From a virus, in IMG/VR virus record IMGVR_UViG_3300050190_000082, positions 64,001 through 128,000 of that record: 64,000 nucleotides of DNA; one strand, 5' to 3'. The position numbers and the translations under genes are program-made. Positions 18,890 through 29,081 of the stretch are shown here, in pieces. Every line of letters begins with the position of its first letter. Positions within the stretch are counted from its first letter, which is position 1. A model generated the notes under the pieces. That model made no database searches, was not told where the DNA came from, and saw only the letters and a list, made by a program, of their open reading frames with translations.

Positions 18890-20062
18890 TCATACTTCTA
18901 ATCTTAACATCTTCTTTATAACTTTTTTAATAGTCCTTTTTAAAATACTTTTATTCATGGGTTTCAAATATTTTCTGATAATAAACTCATAGTCCTTTTT
19001 ATGAAAATCTTCATAAAAGTTCTTATAACATTTATCCTTTTTAATAACTCCATAAACTAATCTTCTGTTGATTCTTGATGCGTCTTCAAATTTCCCAGGC
19101 TTAACAGTTATATTCTTAATAGACTTTAGTACATCATCCCCTTTTTGCGAATTACATAATACTACAGATGTCCCTTCACTATTTTTTAATGCCTCTGGAA
19201 CTCCCCAGAAGTCTCCGATTGTAATATCTGCATTTCTAGGCATCTTAGCAAATTGGCAATCATGACAAGATTCTCTGCTATAAACTGAACGTAAAAATCC
19301 AACAGTAAAGGGATCATCGTTTACAAGACTAAAATACTCCTTATTGTTTTCAAAGATAACTTTCATTCCGGAATTTTCCCATCCTACTTTCTTATCCCTG
19401 AAACTAACTTTGGAAATTTTAGAATCATATTTTCGTTCTAGATATTCTAGGTATGCGGTATATGCTATCTCTGATGGTACGCTATGGCATATGATTTCGC
19501 AGGTGATAATGTTATCTGCGATATCATCCGTTACAAAAGTATTTAACGCAGCTATTTGACATGGGGTACCCGAAAACAAAACTATGTTTTTTTTCGCAAT
19601 TTTAGTAGCTTCTTTATAACTATCATTCACATGACTTTGAATGTACTTTGCTCCCCTGAGCCTATGCAAGTCATTTTCATTATTTATGCATATATGCTTT
19701 GCTAGAAAACTTTCATCAAGAGCAACTCCATAAACATAACCATTACGGGAAACAATCTGCTTTGCTAATTCTGTGAAAACTCCGCCAGATGTACTAGCTT
19801 TAATAGTTTCAATATCCTTACTATAAACTGCATAAACGTAAGGGTTCTCATTTTGGATTAACTGTTTTTTATTAAGTAGGGGACAGTGTTTAGCACAGTT
19901 TCCACATCTACTACAATTCTCATTTACAATAGGGTGTATAAAACCTTTCTCGTTTAATTCCATGGAAATTGCATTTTTGGGGCAAGCATTATAGCATCCA
20001 GAACACCCTGTGCACGTTCCAGAATTAACAACTTCAACGATTTGCAAATTTCCCTTTTTCAT
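18890..20062 (-). CDS. coenzyme F420 hydrogenase/dehydrogenase beta-subunit family 4Fe-4S protein (polysaccharide-locus type)
   Basis: CTGCSGCYNACP and CSRCGNCAKHCP ferredoxin motifs; STSGGVF, GTPCQIA, RESCHDC, DITIGDFWG. Confidence 0.85.
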   Translation of the reverse strand: MKKGNLQIVEVVNSGTCTGCSGCYNACPKNAISMELNEKGFIHPIVNENCSRCGNCAKHCPLLNKKQLIQNENPYVYAVYSKDIETIKASTSGGVFTELAKQIVSRNGYVYGVALDESFLAKHICINNENDLHRLRGAKYIQSHVNDSYKEATKIAKKNIVLFSGTPCQIAALNTFVTDDIADNIITCEIICHSVPSEIAYTAYLEYLERKYDSKISKVSFRDKKVGWENSGMKVIFENNKEYFSLVNDDPFTVGFLRSVYSRESCHDCQFAKMPRNADITIGDFWGVPEALKNSEGTSVVLCNSQKGDDVLKSIKNITVKPGKFEDASRINRRLVYGVIKKDKCYKNFYEDFHKKDYEFIIRKYLKPMNKSILKRTIKKVIKKMLRLEV

Positions 20063-20158
20063 CGAACATGACCTCCTAAATATTTCTATATTATGTTATG
20101 TTCGACACGGAATGACCAAAACCTTTTGATTGAAAAGATACATTAACTCTTCGTTCAA

Positions 20159-21271
20159 CTACGTCATAAAATTTATTCTATTTCTTTTGTCATTATTCTC
20201 ATTCTTTTTTCCAATTAGTTTAGGGAACCATTTATTTATTACATACACAAAAGGAACGCATATTAAAAGTTCAACAAGTATTACTCCTAAATATATTAAA
20301 AAAGAAAGTGTACCAAATTTACTAAAATATAAAATTACTAAATGCGCTATCCTAGAATTAAAATTGTAAATTAATCCATTACAACCTAGGAATATAATAC
20401 TATTTTTAGATATATATGATAATGATTTTGTAGGCAACGACAGTTTAGACAACATAACGATAAATATTACTCCCGAAATAGAGGTAAGTAAAAATAAAAT
20501 TGGATTACCATGGCTAGATGATGCCATCACTACCACCGGGTCATGAAATGTAAAAAAATCATTATTTAGTTGAAATGTGAAGCTAACAACAACCAGTGAT
20601 GTTACCATTGCTATTAATCGTTTAGATAAGGAAATTTTTTGACTAAATAAGTTGAATTTGCTAAAAATGATACCCAATAGATATAATGAATAAGCAAATA
20701 TAGACTCTTTAACATACCAAAAGTTTCTCGCTGGAATACCCTTCAATTCTAAAAAATAATTAATTGTCCAACCCGTTGCGAAAAAGCAACTTGCAATAAT
20801 TACGATTTTTTGAATAGTTGTAGCATACTTACCAACAAAATAATGTATAACCTCTACGCTAAACAAGCATACAAGAAACCAAGTAACTGCATTAAAGAAT
20901 GGTGTCCCTGATATGATCATTTTCGCAAACCCTTTAGCATAGAAAACTATATCTACAGAACTATGTTTCCAAATTAACAAAAATATAGCATTAATTATAT
21001 TAAAGAAAAACATTGGAATTATTCTAGTCATGAATTTTAATTTAAAATATCTCTTAAATGATATATCTGTATTTGTTTTAGATACATATCCAGCCAGTAC
21101 AAAAAACAATGGCATATGGAATGAATATATGAACTTAAATTGCATAAATTCTTCCGAAATATTACCTTTAATAGTTGCCACTTGTTCGATAAAATGACCA
21201 TAGAATACAAGTATCATTCCATATGCTTTAGCAATATCAAGCCAAACTATACGTTTTTTGTCATTTATCAT
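20159..21271 (-). CDS. acyltransferase-3 family membrane O-acyltransferase
   Basis: RIVWLDIAKAYGMILVFYGH, IYSFHMPLFFVLAGY, WFLVCLF; about 10 TM helices (track start 21304). Confidence 0.85.
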   Translation of the reverse strand: MINDKKRIVWLDIAKAYGMILVFYGHFIEQVATIKGNISEEFMQFKFIYSFHMPLFFVLAGYVSKTNTDISFKRYFKLKFMTRIIPMFFFNIINAIFLLIWKHSSVDIVFYAKGFAKMIISGTPFFNAVTWFLVCLFSVEVIHYFVGKYATTIQKIVIIASCFFATGWTINYFLELKGIPARNFWYVKESIFAYSLYLLGIIFSKFNLFSQKISLSKRLIAMVTSLVVVSFTFQLNNDFFTFHDPVVVMASSSHGNPILFLLTSISGVIFIVMLSKLSLPTKSLSYISKNSIIFLGCNGLIYNFNSRIAHLVILYFSKFGTLSFLIYLGVILVELLICVPFVYVINKWFPKLIGKKNENNDKRNRINFMT

Positions 21272-21361
21272 AAAAACCCCCTGACTATGAATTATATTAT
21301 ACACTTTTTTAGCCAGGGAGTCTATGCTAAATATTCTTCGGTTAATGCGTCAACTGTAAAA

Positions 21362-23893
21362 TTACTTAATAACCGTGCCTGTTCCCCTGTCAATAACTTG
21401 CGAAACATCATACCCTTGAAGTATCGTACCCGTTGCACCTGTTTCAACAATAATCAAGTTCGATAAAGTTGCTGTGGAATAGCAATTTATAACTCTGTTA
21501 TTATTCCCTGTGATATAAATAGGTTTGTTAATTGTGCAATCTCGTAGAATATTATTGTTTCCGTCAACTTCTACACTATTACTATTAACCGCTGTGACAA
21601 CATCATTGTTAGAGAACTTCATGCTATTTCCACTAATTAGCACGCAATCATCAGCACCAAAATAGTTATTTATAATTTGGTTTGCACTACCTCGAAATAT
21701 AGCAGAGTGACCTGTTGCCTTATCGATTATATTGTCAACTACCATACATGTTGTCCCATCTAAGATAAGCCCTGTAGCAATCACTGTGTGCTTTGTCGGT
21801 GTCACTCCGTCACCGACAGTAAAGTATTCAGACCAATTACCAGTATCGACAATTTGGCAATTACTGATTCTAGATTTATCGACCCCTGTTATCAGCGCAC
21901 TCGCCGCTTCACTTTCTAGTAATTGTGTTGATGTAATCCCTCCACAATTCCTAACAAGCACAAGTCCGTCGAGTATAAGCGTCGATATTGGATCAGTTAC
22001 TTTCCCTACCCAAATACCCTGTGATGGGCAATCGGCAATAATGCTGTCTTTTATCTTCGTGTAATAGCTACCACGTGGATGAAAATAGATACCCACATTA
22101 CAACCGTCTGTGTTCACTCTATCAATCAAACACGCATCGATGTAACCATAAGCCGAAATACCCACCGCTAAGCCTGTGCAGGTAATACGATATAATTCGC
22201 ATTGATCTGCGCCAGTTAATAAACTTATGCCACAGTGTTTGCCATTATTTGCTACACTAAACAACCCTTGGGTATTGGAATTTAAGACCATGCCTTGTAT
22301 CCCAATCTGAGCAATCCTTACGCCATATGCACCAATTGTTGATAACTCAATGGCTGCTATATTTGCGTTAAGTAGTGCTAGTTTAGACCCCATTTCCGAG
22401 GGATAAACTCCGTTTGGATAACCACTATAGTTCCAAATGTCGCCTTCAATATGAACATTCGTGGTAACTCTTACGGCGGTACTCACGGAGAAGGTTTTAG
22501 CTGGGACTCTTACTTTCCCACCTCTAGTCCCGAATGATGCTATAGTCTGAGGAAAACCCGCAAATCCGTCACTTGCAACATAGGGGTCTGTGGCACTCCC
22601 CGATCCAGTACAGTAGACGGAAGGGTCTCCATCTGCTTTAAATGGCACACCATTGATATTGGTCACTTTTCCACCTGTTGTGGAATCTGATATTCCTAGT
22701 ATGACTGCTAAGCCTGATGTCGTTCCATAGCTTAATGCAAAAGTAACTGCCCCTGTCGGTATTGCAAAGGTTCCATTGGGAGTTGCAGTGGAATAATTGG
22801 CAGATCCTGTTGGCTTTATTTTTGTGCTTGAAATATCGTAAAAAATTAAGGCACTTGACCATGTTGAGCGACCAACGATAGTTAAGTACTTAGATAAGCC
22901 ACAAGCTAATTTGTTCGTCGTTACTCCACCTGGGGATGACACGTTATTACCTGTACTATAATCAATGCCTGTTTCTGAAATAGTAGCTCCAACTATTACA
23001 CTGGTTGAAATGGTTGGCATATTTGTTTCATTGGCAGAGATCCGAGCCGTATTACTATCAATGAGATCGCTTGTATTTGATAAGACGAAACAATCTAACA
23101 CTTTGATTGTTGTAATTTTTGTTGCTGACGAAACATGTCCCACCGTCAATTTCGCGTATAAAAACGAATCCCCTACTTGTAGAGTGAAATTTGCACCAAA
23201 GAGCCAATCGGTATCATTAAGTTGTATCGTTGGTGCGGAAGAATCAATACTTAATGCAGTAACAACACCGTTGCGCTTAATACTCAGGATTCGAGGTAAT
23301 GGCGATAAACTTGCAATATCGTTCGTGCTAATTTTAAAATACAAAGTCACGGACATATTTTTAGCAACAAGTCCTACAACTTCATTCTTGAATTTAAAGT
23401 AACTTCCATCACCTGTCGATCCTATAGGGATTGAAAAAGTTTTTGATGGCGTGTCGTAAGTTGCACCATTAAGGGGCGCGGTTCCATCATCAGTAAGAAC
23501 GACTGTTTTATATTTTCCACTGGTGATTAATGGGTCTTGCATAGCTGAGGCAATATTATAGTAATTTGTACCATTAACGGCAAGGGCTGTGCTTTGATAC
23601 ACTCCCCCTGCTGTCCATGCTGAACCGTTCCAGTAGTACCATTTACCGTCTGCTGTTACTATATAAATCCCTGTTGTTCCTGTTGGGAAAGCTGTTTGTA
23701 GTAATGCTAATGTAGCATAGGTCGCTTTAGGTGATCCACTTGCAATACTTGCAATTTGTGCATTAATATCTACTTGATTAGCCTTTAAATTAAGTTGTGT
23801 CAGATTATCCGCCTGTAGTTGATTAGTTTGGGCTATCTGTGTCGTATGGGTATTAACTAAATCTTGTATATTTCTAATTACTGGTTTAGACAT
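21362..23893 (-). CDS. tailspike/receptor-binding protein with right-handed beta-helix (pectate-lyase-like depolymerase)
   Basis: N-terminal virion-anchor motif SGSPKATYATLALLQTAFPTG...WYYWNGSAW; GGKVRVPA and Asn/Gly-rich beta-helix rungs; higher GC. Confidence 0.7.
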   Translation of the reverse strand: MSKPVIRNIQDLVNTHTTQIAQTNQLQADNLTQLNLKANQVDINAQIASIASGSPKATYATLALLQTAFPTGTTGIYIVTADGKWYYWNGSAWTAGGVYQSTALAVNGTNYYNIASAMQDPLITSGKYKTVVLTDDGTAPLNGATYDTPSKTFSIPIGSTGDGSYFKFKNEVVGLVAKNMSVTLYFKISTNDIASLSPLPRILSIKRNGVVTALSIDSSAPTIQLNDTDWLFGANFTLQVGDSFLYAKLTVGHVSSATKITTIKVLDCFVLSNTSDLIDSNTARISANETNMPTISTSVIVGATISETGIDYSTGNNVSSPGGVTTNKLACGLSKYLTIVGRSTWSSALIFYDISSTKIKPTGSANYSTATPNGTFAIPTGAVTFALSYGTTSGLAVILGISDSTTGGKVTNINGVPFKADGDPSVYCTGSGSATDPYVASDGFAGFPQTIASFGTRGGKVRVPAKTFSVSTAVRVTTNVHIEGDIWNYSGYPNGVYPSEMGSKLALLNANIAAIELSTIGAYGVRIAQIGIQGMVLNSNTQGLFSVANNGKHCGISLLTGADQCELYRITCTGLAVGISAYGYIDACLIDRVNTDGCNVGIYFHPRGSYYTKIKDSIIADCPSQGIWVGKVTDPISTLILDGLVLVRNCGGITSTQLLESEAASALITGVDKSRISNCQIVDTGNWSEYFTVGDGVTPTKHTVIATGLILDGTTCMVVDNIIDKATGHSAIFRGSANQIINNYFGADDCVLISGNSMKFSNNDVVTAVNSNSVEVDGNNNILRDCTINKPIYITGNNNRVINCYSTATLSNLIIVETGATGTILQGYDVSQVIDRGTGTVIK

Positions 23894-24067
23894 TTATTTA
23901 GCCTCCTTAATTAATTTCCCGATATTGTCAGGAATATCTTCAATATAATAGATCTTAAATTTACGACAATTATCTCTATACGATCGCCAATTCTTTAAAA
24001 TTAGGCACAAAAATAGACAGATAATTAATCTGCCTAAATCTACATATAACCTCCAATTTAATTAAAT

Positions 24068-24361
24068 TTATTTAACATTCTTTGTGAGGCGAAAATTAAT
24101 TTTGTCGCCAATATTTAAAGACCACCCAATTAAATCAATGGAAATTAAATTAGCATTTTCTGAATAACTATCTCCTACGGACAATTGTTGACCAAAAGTT
24201 AAATCCGTCACATTTAAATCGTCTGTAATAGGGTTGTAACTTAGGCTATGCACCACATTTGATATCCCACTTGAAACTGCGGTATATGTCATTATCTTTA
24301 TTTTAGTAGCCATCAAAGCATTTGTAGTAGAAACATCTACACTATTATGAAAAAATCCCAC
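24068..24361 (-). CDS. small phage tail-associated protein
   Basis: C-terminus (L.VGDSY....I.L.GWSL..G..I.F) resembles the C-terminus of 32472..33221. Confidence 0.55.
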   Translation of the reverse strand: MGFFHNSVDVSTTNALMATKIKIMTYTAVSSGISNVVHSLSYNPITDDLNVTDLTFGQQLSVGDSYSENANLISIDLIGWSLNIGDKINFRLTKNVK

Positions 24362-24397
24362 TGTTCATCTCCCCTTTTTGTAATTTCTAATATTGTA

Positions 24398-24670
24398 TTA
24401 AGATAACTCCCCTAAAAAATTAAACGTAATACCACCCTCTACGATTACAAAACTACTTATAAGATAATCTTTCGTAGTAGCATCAAATCCTTGACTTGCT
24501 CTAAAAAATATTGGATCACTATTATTGATTTTTACATGACAACTTTGATCATTTAAAAAACTAAATTTACGAAATGATTCATAAGAAACCGATAATATTA
24601 TAAGTTCTTGATTGGGTGTGGAAGTTTGAAGATCACTAGACCCCATAAATTGACTCATATTTTGACTCAT
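24398..24670 (-). CDS. hypothetical phage protein
   Basis: ORF track; AGGAGG RBS. Confidence 0.6.
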   Translation of the reverse strand: MSQNMSQFMGSSDLQTSTPNQELIILSVSYESFRKFSFLNDQSCHVKINNSDPIFFRASQGFDATTKDYLISSFVIVEGGITFNFLGELS

Positions 24671-24717
24671 AAAAATTCCTCCTTTTTACAATGTATAATA
24701 ATCGCGATTACAAAGAG

Positions 24718-24805
24718 AGATAGCTTAAAACTGTCTCCAAATCACTAAAATATGAAATTAACCGTTTTTGAAACATAGGCTACAAGCCACTTTGCGAGGT
24801 TGAAA
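24718..24805 (+). repeat. 88-bp direct repeat, copy B
   Basis: 74/88 identical to 18511-18598. Confidence 0.85.
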
Positions 24806-24832
24806 TTACATTAAAAGATGCCTTTTATTTGT

Positions 24833-24979
24833 TTATTTTACTTCATCTTTTTTCGCACTTAATTCTGCTATTTGTTTTTGTAATATTTCTATTTGTGTGT
24901 CCTTCATAGCTATATTTAGAGATAACTTTCCAATTTGATCAGATAATTTTTCTATTACCAAATTTGCGTCTACATTCAT
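24833..24979 (-). CDS. 48-aa coiled-coil phage protein
   Basis: MNVDANLVIEKLSDQIGKLS...KKDEVK*; RBS present; below the track cutoff. Confidence 0.55.
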   Translation of the reverse strand: MNVDANLVIEKLSDQIGKLSLNIAMKDTQIEILQKQIAELSAKKDEVK

Positions 24980-25012
24980 TTTTATACCCATCCTTTATCT
25001 TGAATTCTTGAA

Positions 25013-25159
25013 TTACACAACAGTCATTTGCGGAGTTGCTAAGATTGCATCACATTCTGTCTGAGTTATACGAGTGGGAATTTTTTCTTGAACATATGCT
25101 CCATCAATCGTTCTCATAACCCACATATTAAGAATTAGTCTATATGCTGGACTATTCAT
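25013..25159 (-). CDS. XkdX-like small phage protein (48 aa)
   Basis: MNSPAYRLILNMWVM...RITQTECDAILATPQ; follows the tail fibre and its small partner gene. Confidence 0.55.
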   Translation of the reverse strand: MNSPAYRLILNMWVMRTIDGAYVQEKIPTRITQTECDAILATPQMTVV

Positions 25160-25183
25160 AAGTTTTCATCTCATCTTTCATTA

Positions 25184-25462
25184 TTATAGTAATGAAGTTA
25201 TAAATTCTTCTATAGCTGAAAGTCTGTCTGAATCACTTGGAGGGGGTACTATAACGACAGGAGTAATTTCAACAAATGCTGAAGTTGTATAATCATACAT
25301 ATGGGTATCATACTGAACAGTGCTATTTTCACTATTCAGTATGGGTATAATTTCTGTACCATCAGGTAATATGATATTTGAGGGATAGGGTTCGTCGTTA
25401 CCCCATCCCTGAATTGATAATATTTTTCCTGTAGCTTCAACAACAGACGCGAACTCTCTCAC
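25184..25462 (-). CDS. tail-fibre accessory protein (XkdW-like position)
   Basis: ends PSDSDRLSAIEEFITSLL, typical of genes that precede XkdX. Confidence 0.5.
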   Translation of the reverse strand: MREFASVVEATGKILSIQGWGNDEPYPSNIILPDGTEIIPILNSENSTVQYDTHMYDYTTSAFVEITPVVIVPPPSDSDRLSAIEEFITSLL

Positions 25463-25482
25463 AAATTTAATCTCCTCTCTTC

Positions 25483-28400
25483 TTAATACAGGTAAACTGT
25501 TCCTGCGAACCCAGATGCTCCTCCAAATATAGTAATCGTGTTAACATCCACATTGTAATAACCAGGAGTATAACCTCCAGCATCTTGAGCAAACATTACT
25601 ATTGGTCTGTAACCTAAATTGTGCGTAAAGTTTATAGATGAGCTTGATGTGACAGTTCCCGCCCAGTATGTCATGTAATTTCTACCTGTTTTATTATAAC
25701 CTAATGCAGAGGTCATAATACCAGAACAAGTAATATTGCCAGTTGCTGTTAGTGTACCCCCTACAGAAACAGTGGCTCCATAGAAATAGCAACTATTGTC
25801 GAAAGAAGATATATCTGTATGTATTACTCCACCTGCATCCATACTCGCGACATTAAGACTATCCCCACCCTGTGCTACCGAATGTATCATAGTTAGGTAT
25901 GGAAGATTGTATGAACCGCTAGCTCCGATACCCATTTCGAAACATTGTGTTGTTCCGTTGAACCCTTGTATTGTAGACTGCTGTATTGATACATAATTTG
26001 AATCCGCAGTCTGTAGGGTTGACCCTGTAATAGTTACCCCTGAAATAGTCCCAGCTATCAAATTTCCAGGAATTGAAACATTTCCATCTGCACTAATGGT
26101 AACAGGATTCTTACCTGTCATACCAAACTGAGCAGAGCCATCTACATTAAGCATAAATGTTGGTTGATTAGCATTATATGTAACTATACCGATTGTGGAA
26201 TTTGTTCCACCTAAGACATCCCTTCCCATTGCAACACCTGTTAATATTGGTGATGATGCCGTTCCAGCGTTACCGTTAACATAGGTGCGACCCTCAAATG
26301 ATCCGTTTATACCAGCAAATATCTTAGGTGTTATGATTGAATCACCTGAGATCGTTACCTTTAATCCATTCCATTCTGATACCCAATCTAATAGGTTAGC
26401 ATCTACTCCGTTTGTCCCATTCATTCCATTTGTACCGTCAGTGCCTTTGATTAACGCCCATATATACATACTGACTGATAAGGAATCCGCTAACGTAAAG
26501 TCTGTATATTGACCTAAATAAGTACCCACAGTTTCGCCAGAATTTGCAGTAAATGTAGCTCCCCCATCATTAGAATATTTTATATGGAGATAAGATGTTT
26601 GACCATTTGTTCCATTTACCCCAGGAGTTCCGTTTGTCCCATTATTCCCGTTTAATCCATCAATTCCTTTAATTAAGTTCCAGTTATATGCAGATGGTGA
26701 ACCAGAACTACTAGAGGTATAATCAACATATGTCCCTATATAAGTTCCACTTGTATAATTAAATCCAGATGAACCATCTGAACTATTCGCATATGCTACA
26801 TGAAAATAAGTCGTTTGACCAGTTGCGCCCGTATTACCTTGGACTCCTTGAGCCCCTGTGTTACCAGTATCCCCTTTTGCTACTATACATATCCAGTAAG
26901 ATGGATTACCAACTGGTATTACTCCATAGCTAGTAGCTGACACACAAGCATATAAACTTCCTAAATAATTTACTGTGTCAATATATGACGTGTTATTTAC
27001 ATAGGTTGTACCAGACATCCATGCTCCCATATTACGATAACTTACACCTGTTGCACCAGTTGCTCCACCAGAAGGTCCTATTGGTCCTATTGGTCCTTGT
27101 GCGCCTTGGATAGCCAATGTTCCCCAATAGGTAGTATCTGATACTGGGTGATTTAAGTTATTGTCCACTTCGCAATAATATGAACTAGCTCCATCTGTTA
27201 CAATGTCTGTATAGAGTAAATTGTTGGCATAAGTTGTTGAAGCATTCCATATACCCATTGCTCGAAAACTCTTCCCTGTTGCTCCTGTTGCTCCTAACGT
27301 CCCATTTATACCATTCGCTCCAGGTGTTCCTGTAGAACCTTGTTTAGCTTTACTATAAGTAAACCGTTTTGTACCAATTAATGTTCCAACACCAGCAGAT
27401 TTAATATCTAAGTCAATATAACCAGAATCGACAGTAGAGGGAACATAAGTTATAGTAACTGATCCACTTGTTCCATCAGATGAAGTAATAGCAGGACTTA
27501 ATATTATTCCTGAGTCTGATTTTGTGTTAAGATAAGCTACATAATTTGTACTAACATCTGTTGAACCCTGATAGACCTTAAATCCCGTACTCGCTCCTGT
27601 ATAAGATGTTACATTCCCACTATTGTCTGCAACTAATGTAACATCTTCATTGGTTAGGAAAATACTGAAACTATCAGAACCATCTTGAACTTGCACTAAT
27701 GTTACTGTATCAGTTAATGTATCACATACAACACTATTACTATTCGCCCCCGATACAACACATTTATAAGCATGTTGTTTGTCAGTAATAGCGAAATCAG
27801 ATGAATTTGAAACAGTATAACTACTAGAAACAGCATTAGATATTAATACACCATCTTTATACCAAGTATAAATTGGAATTGGAGTAGCATCAATATTTTG
27901 TAAATTTGCTGTTAAAGTAATTGCAGAGGGAGTTACTATTCCTGCTTTATTCATACTAAAAACTTGTCCAGAAAAACCTAATGCCATGTCATAAGCTAAA
28001 CCATCTTTACCATTATATACATCATTGATTGTGATTTGACCTCTTGCTATATTAATTGGCGTAGTCAATGTTTGAATATCACACACAAATGTTGCTTTTC
28101 CATCTACATCAAGATCAGTAATAGTTATTGATTTATATGTCGCACCAGTACCTTCCCAGCTACCTGTGCCTTTCCATACATGGTCAAGTGTTCCATCCTT
28201 ATCATAACGAGTCCAAATGTATGTATATTCAACACCTGTAAGATCAACCTCAACTCCTGATTTCCATATGTTTGTAGTTAAATTTGTTGACCCCACACCT
28301 TGAAGGAAAACTATACCATTACTTGCTGAAATATCAATTTGAAGTGGGTCAGTTTTATCAATAAAACTAATAATATCAAAACATGATTGTCCAATAGTTG

Positions 28401-29046
28401 AACTACCAGCCATATTATCTGTGATAATGCATTTAAATGATTCATAATTTAGTACAGTTGTATCCATAATTGTTAATTCATTCGTATTATATCCAGAACA
28501 TCCAGAGAATGTTGCATCTGCATTAATAGGAGTCCATACTCCTTCAACTATAATATACCATTGATAAGATACACCAGAAGTCTCTATTACTGATCCTCTC
28601 CACATATCACAATGAGCTTGTAAAGAAGGTGAAGCACCATTATTGAAAATCGCTCCATTAGGGGCATAGGCTACAGCCATAATTGTTGTTCCTTCATTTA
28701 TAGAACCCCCAGTGATAGGTGAACTATTACTAGAATTTTTATCTATATAAATATCAGAAATATCTCCAAATGGGGAAGTTAATAATACTACATCATTAAT
28801 CTGAAGAACTACTCCTGATTTATTTGATAAATGTGCTAATAATGAGGAAGTAGTACCATGATTTACTGATATATCAGCGTAAGTATCATTATCATAAGTT
28901 TGTACAATAGTACCATAATAATGTTTTGCTATTGGTTGACTATCAATTCCCTGTTTAACCCATTTTTTAACTTCTTTCATAAATTGATTCTGTTGTTTGA
29001 AATTTAATACCTGTTTTGATGGTGCTGTCGTTATTTTTGTTGTCAC
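25483..29046 (-). CDS. tail fibre/host-specificity protein with Ig-like domains and collagen-like G-X-Y repeats
   Basis: GAQGPIGPIGPSG and GNTGAQGVQGNTG repeats; two YFHVAYANS/YLHIKYSND...YIGTYVDY modules. Confidence 0.75.
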   Translation of the reverse strand: MTTKITTAPSKQVLNFKQQNQFMKEVKKWVKQGIDSQPIAKHYYGTIVQTYDNDTYADISVNHGTTSSLLAHLSNKSGVVLQINDVVLLTSPFGDISDIYIDKNSSNSSPITGGSINEGTTIMAVAYAPNGAIFNNGASPSLQAHCDMWRGSVIETSGVSYQWYIIVEGVWTPINADATFSGCSGYNTNELTIMDTTVLNYESFKCIITDNMAGSSTIGQSCFDIISFIDKTDPLQIDISASNGIVFLQGVGSTNLTTNIWKSGVEVDLTGVEYTYIWTRYDKDGTLDHVWKGTGSWEGTGATYKSITITDLDVDGKATFVCDIQTLTTPINIARGQITINDVYNGKDGLAYDMALGFSGQVFSMNKAGIVTPSAITLTANLQNIDATPIPIYTWYKDGVLISNAVSSSYTVSNSSDFAITDKQHAYKCVVSGANSNSVVCDTLTDTVTLVQVQDGSDSFSIFLTNEDVTLVADNSGNVTSYTGASTGFKVYQGSTDVSTNYVAYLNTKSDSGIILSPAITSSDGTSGSVTITYVPSTVDSGYIDLDIKSAGVGTLIGTKRFTYSKAKQGSTGTPGANGINGTLGATGATGKSFRAMGIWNASTTYANNLLYTDIVTDGASSYYCEVDNNLNHPVSDTTYWGTLAIQGAQGPIGPIGPSGGATGATGVSYRNMGAWMSGTTYVNNTSYIDTVNYLGSLYACVSATSYGVIPVGNPSYWICIVAKGDTGNTGAQGVQGNTGATGQTTYFHVAYANSSDGSSGFNYTSGTYIGTYVDYTSSSSGSPSAYNWNLIKGIDGLNGNNGTNGTPGVNGTNGQTSYLHIKYSNDGGATFTANSGETVGTYLGQYTDFTLADSLSVSMYIWALIKGTDGTNGMNGTNGVDANLLDWVSEWNGLKVTISGDSIITPKIFAGINGSFEGRTYVNGNAGTASSPILTGVAMGRDVLGGTNSTIGIVTYNANQPTFMLNVDGSAQFGMTGKNPVTISADGNVSIPGNLIAGTISGVTITGSTLQTADSNYVSIQQSTIQGFNGTTQCFEMGIGASGSYNLPYLTMIHSVAQGGDSLNVASMDAGGVIHTDISSFDNSCYFYGATVSVGGTLTATGNITCSGIMTSALGYNKTGRNYMTYWAGTVTSSSSINFTHNLGYRPIVMFAQDAGGYTPGYYNVDVNTITIFGGASGFAGTVYLY

Positions 29047-29081
29047 TTATATTTCACCCCATTGGAATAATTATTTATTAC

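Noticed and set aside
18890-20062. Methanogen-type F420 energy metabolism gene (auxiliary metabolic gene)
   Set aside because: No hydrogenase subunits nearby; this FrhB-like subfamily is typical of polysaccharide loci and sits next to an acyltransferase here.
26400-27340. Short tandem DNA repeats in the tail fibre as a contingency or shufflon locus
   Set aside because: They are explained by collagen-like G-X-Y coding, and no inverted crossover sites were found.
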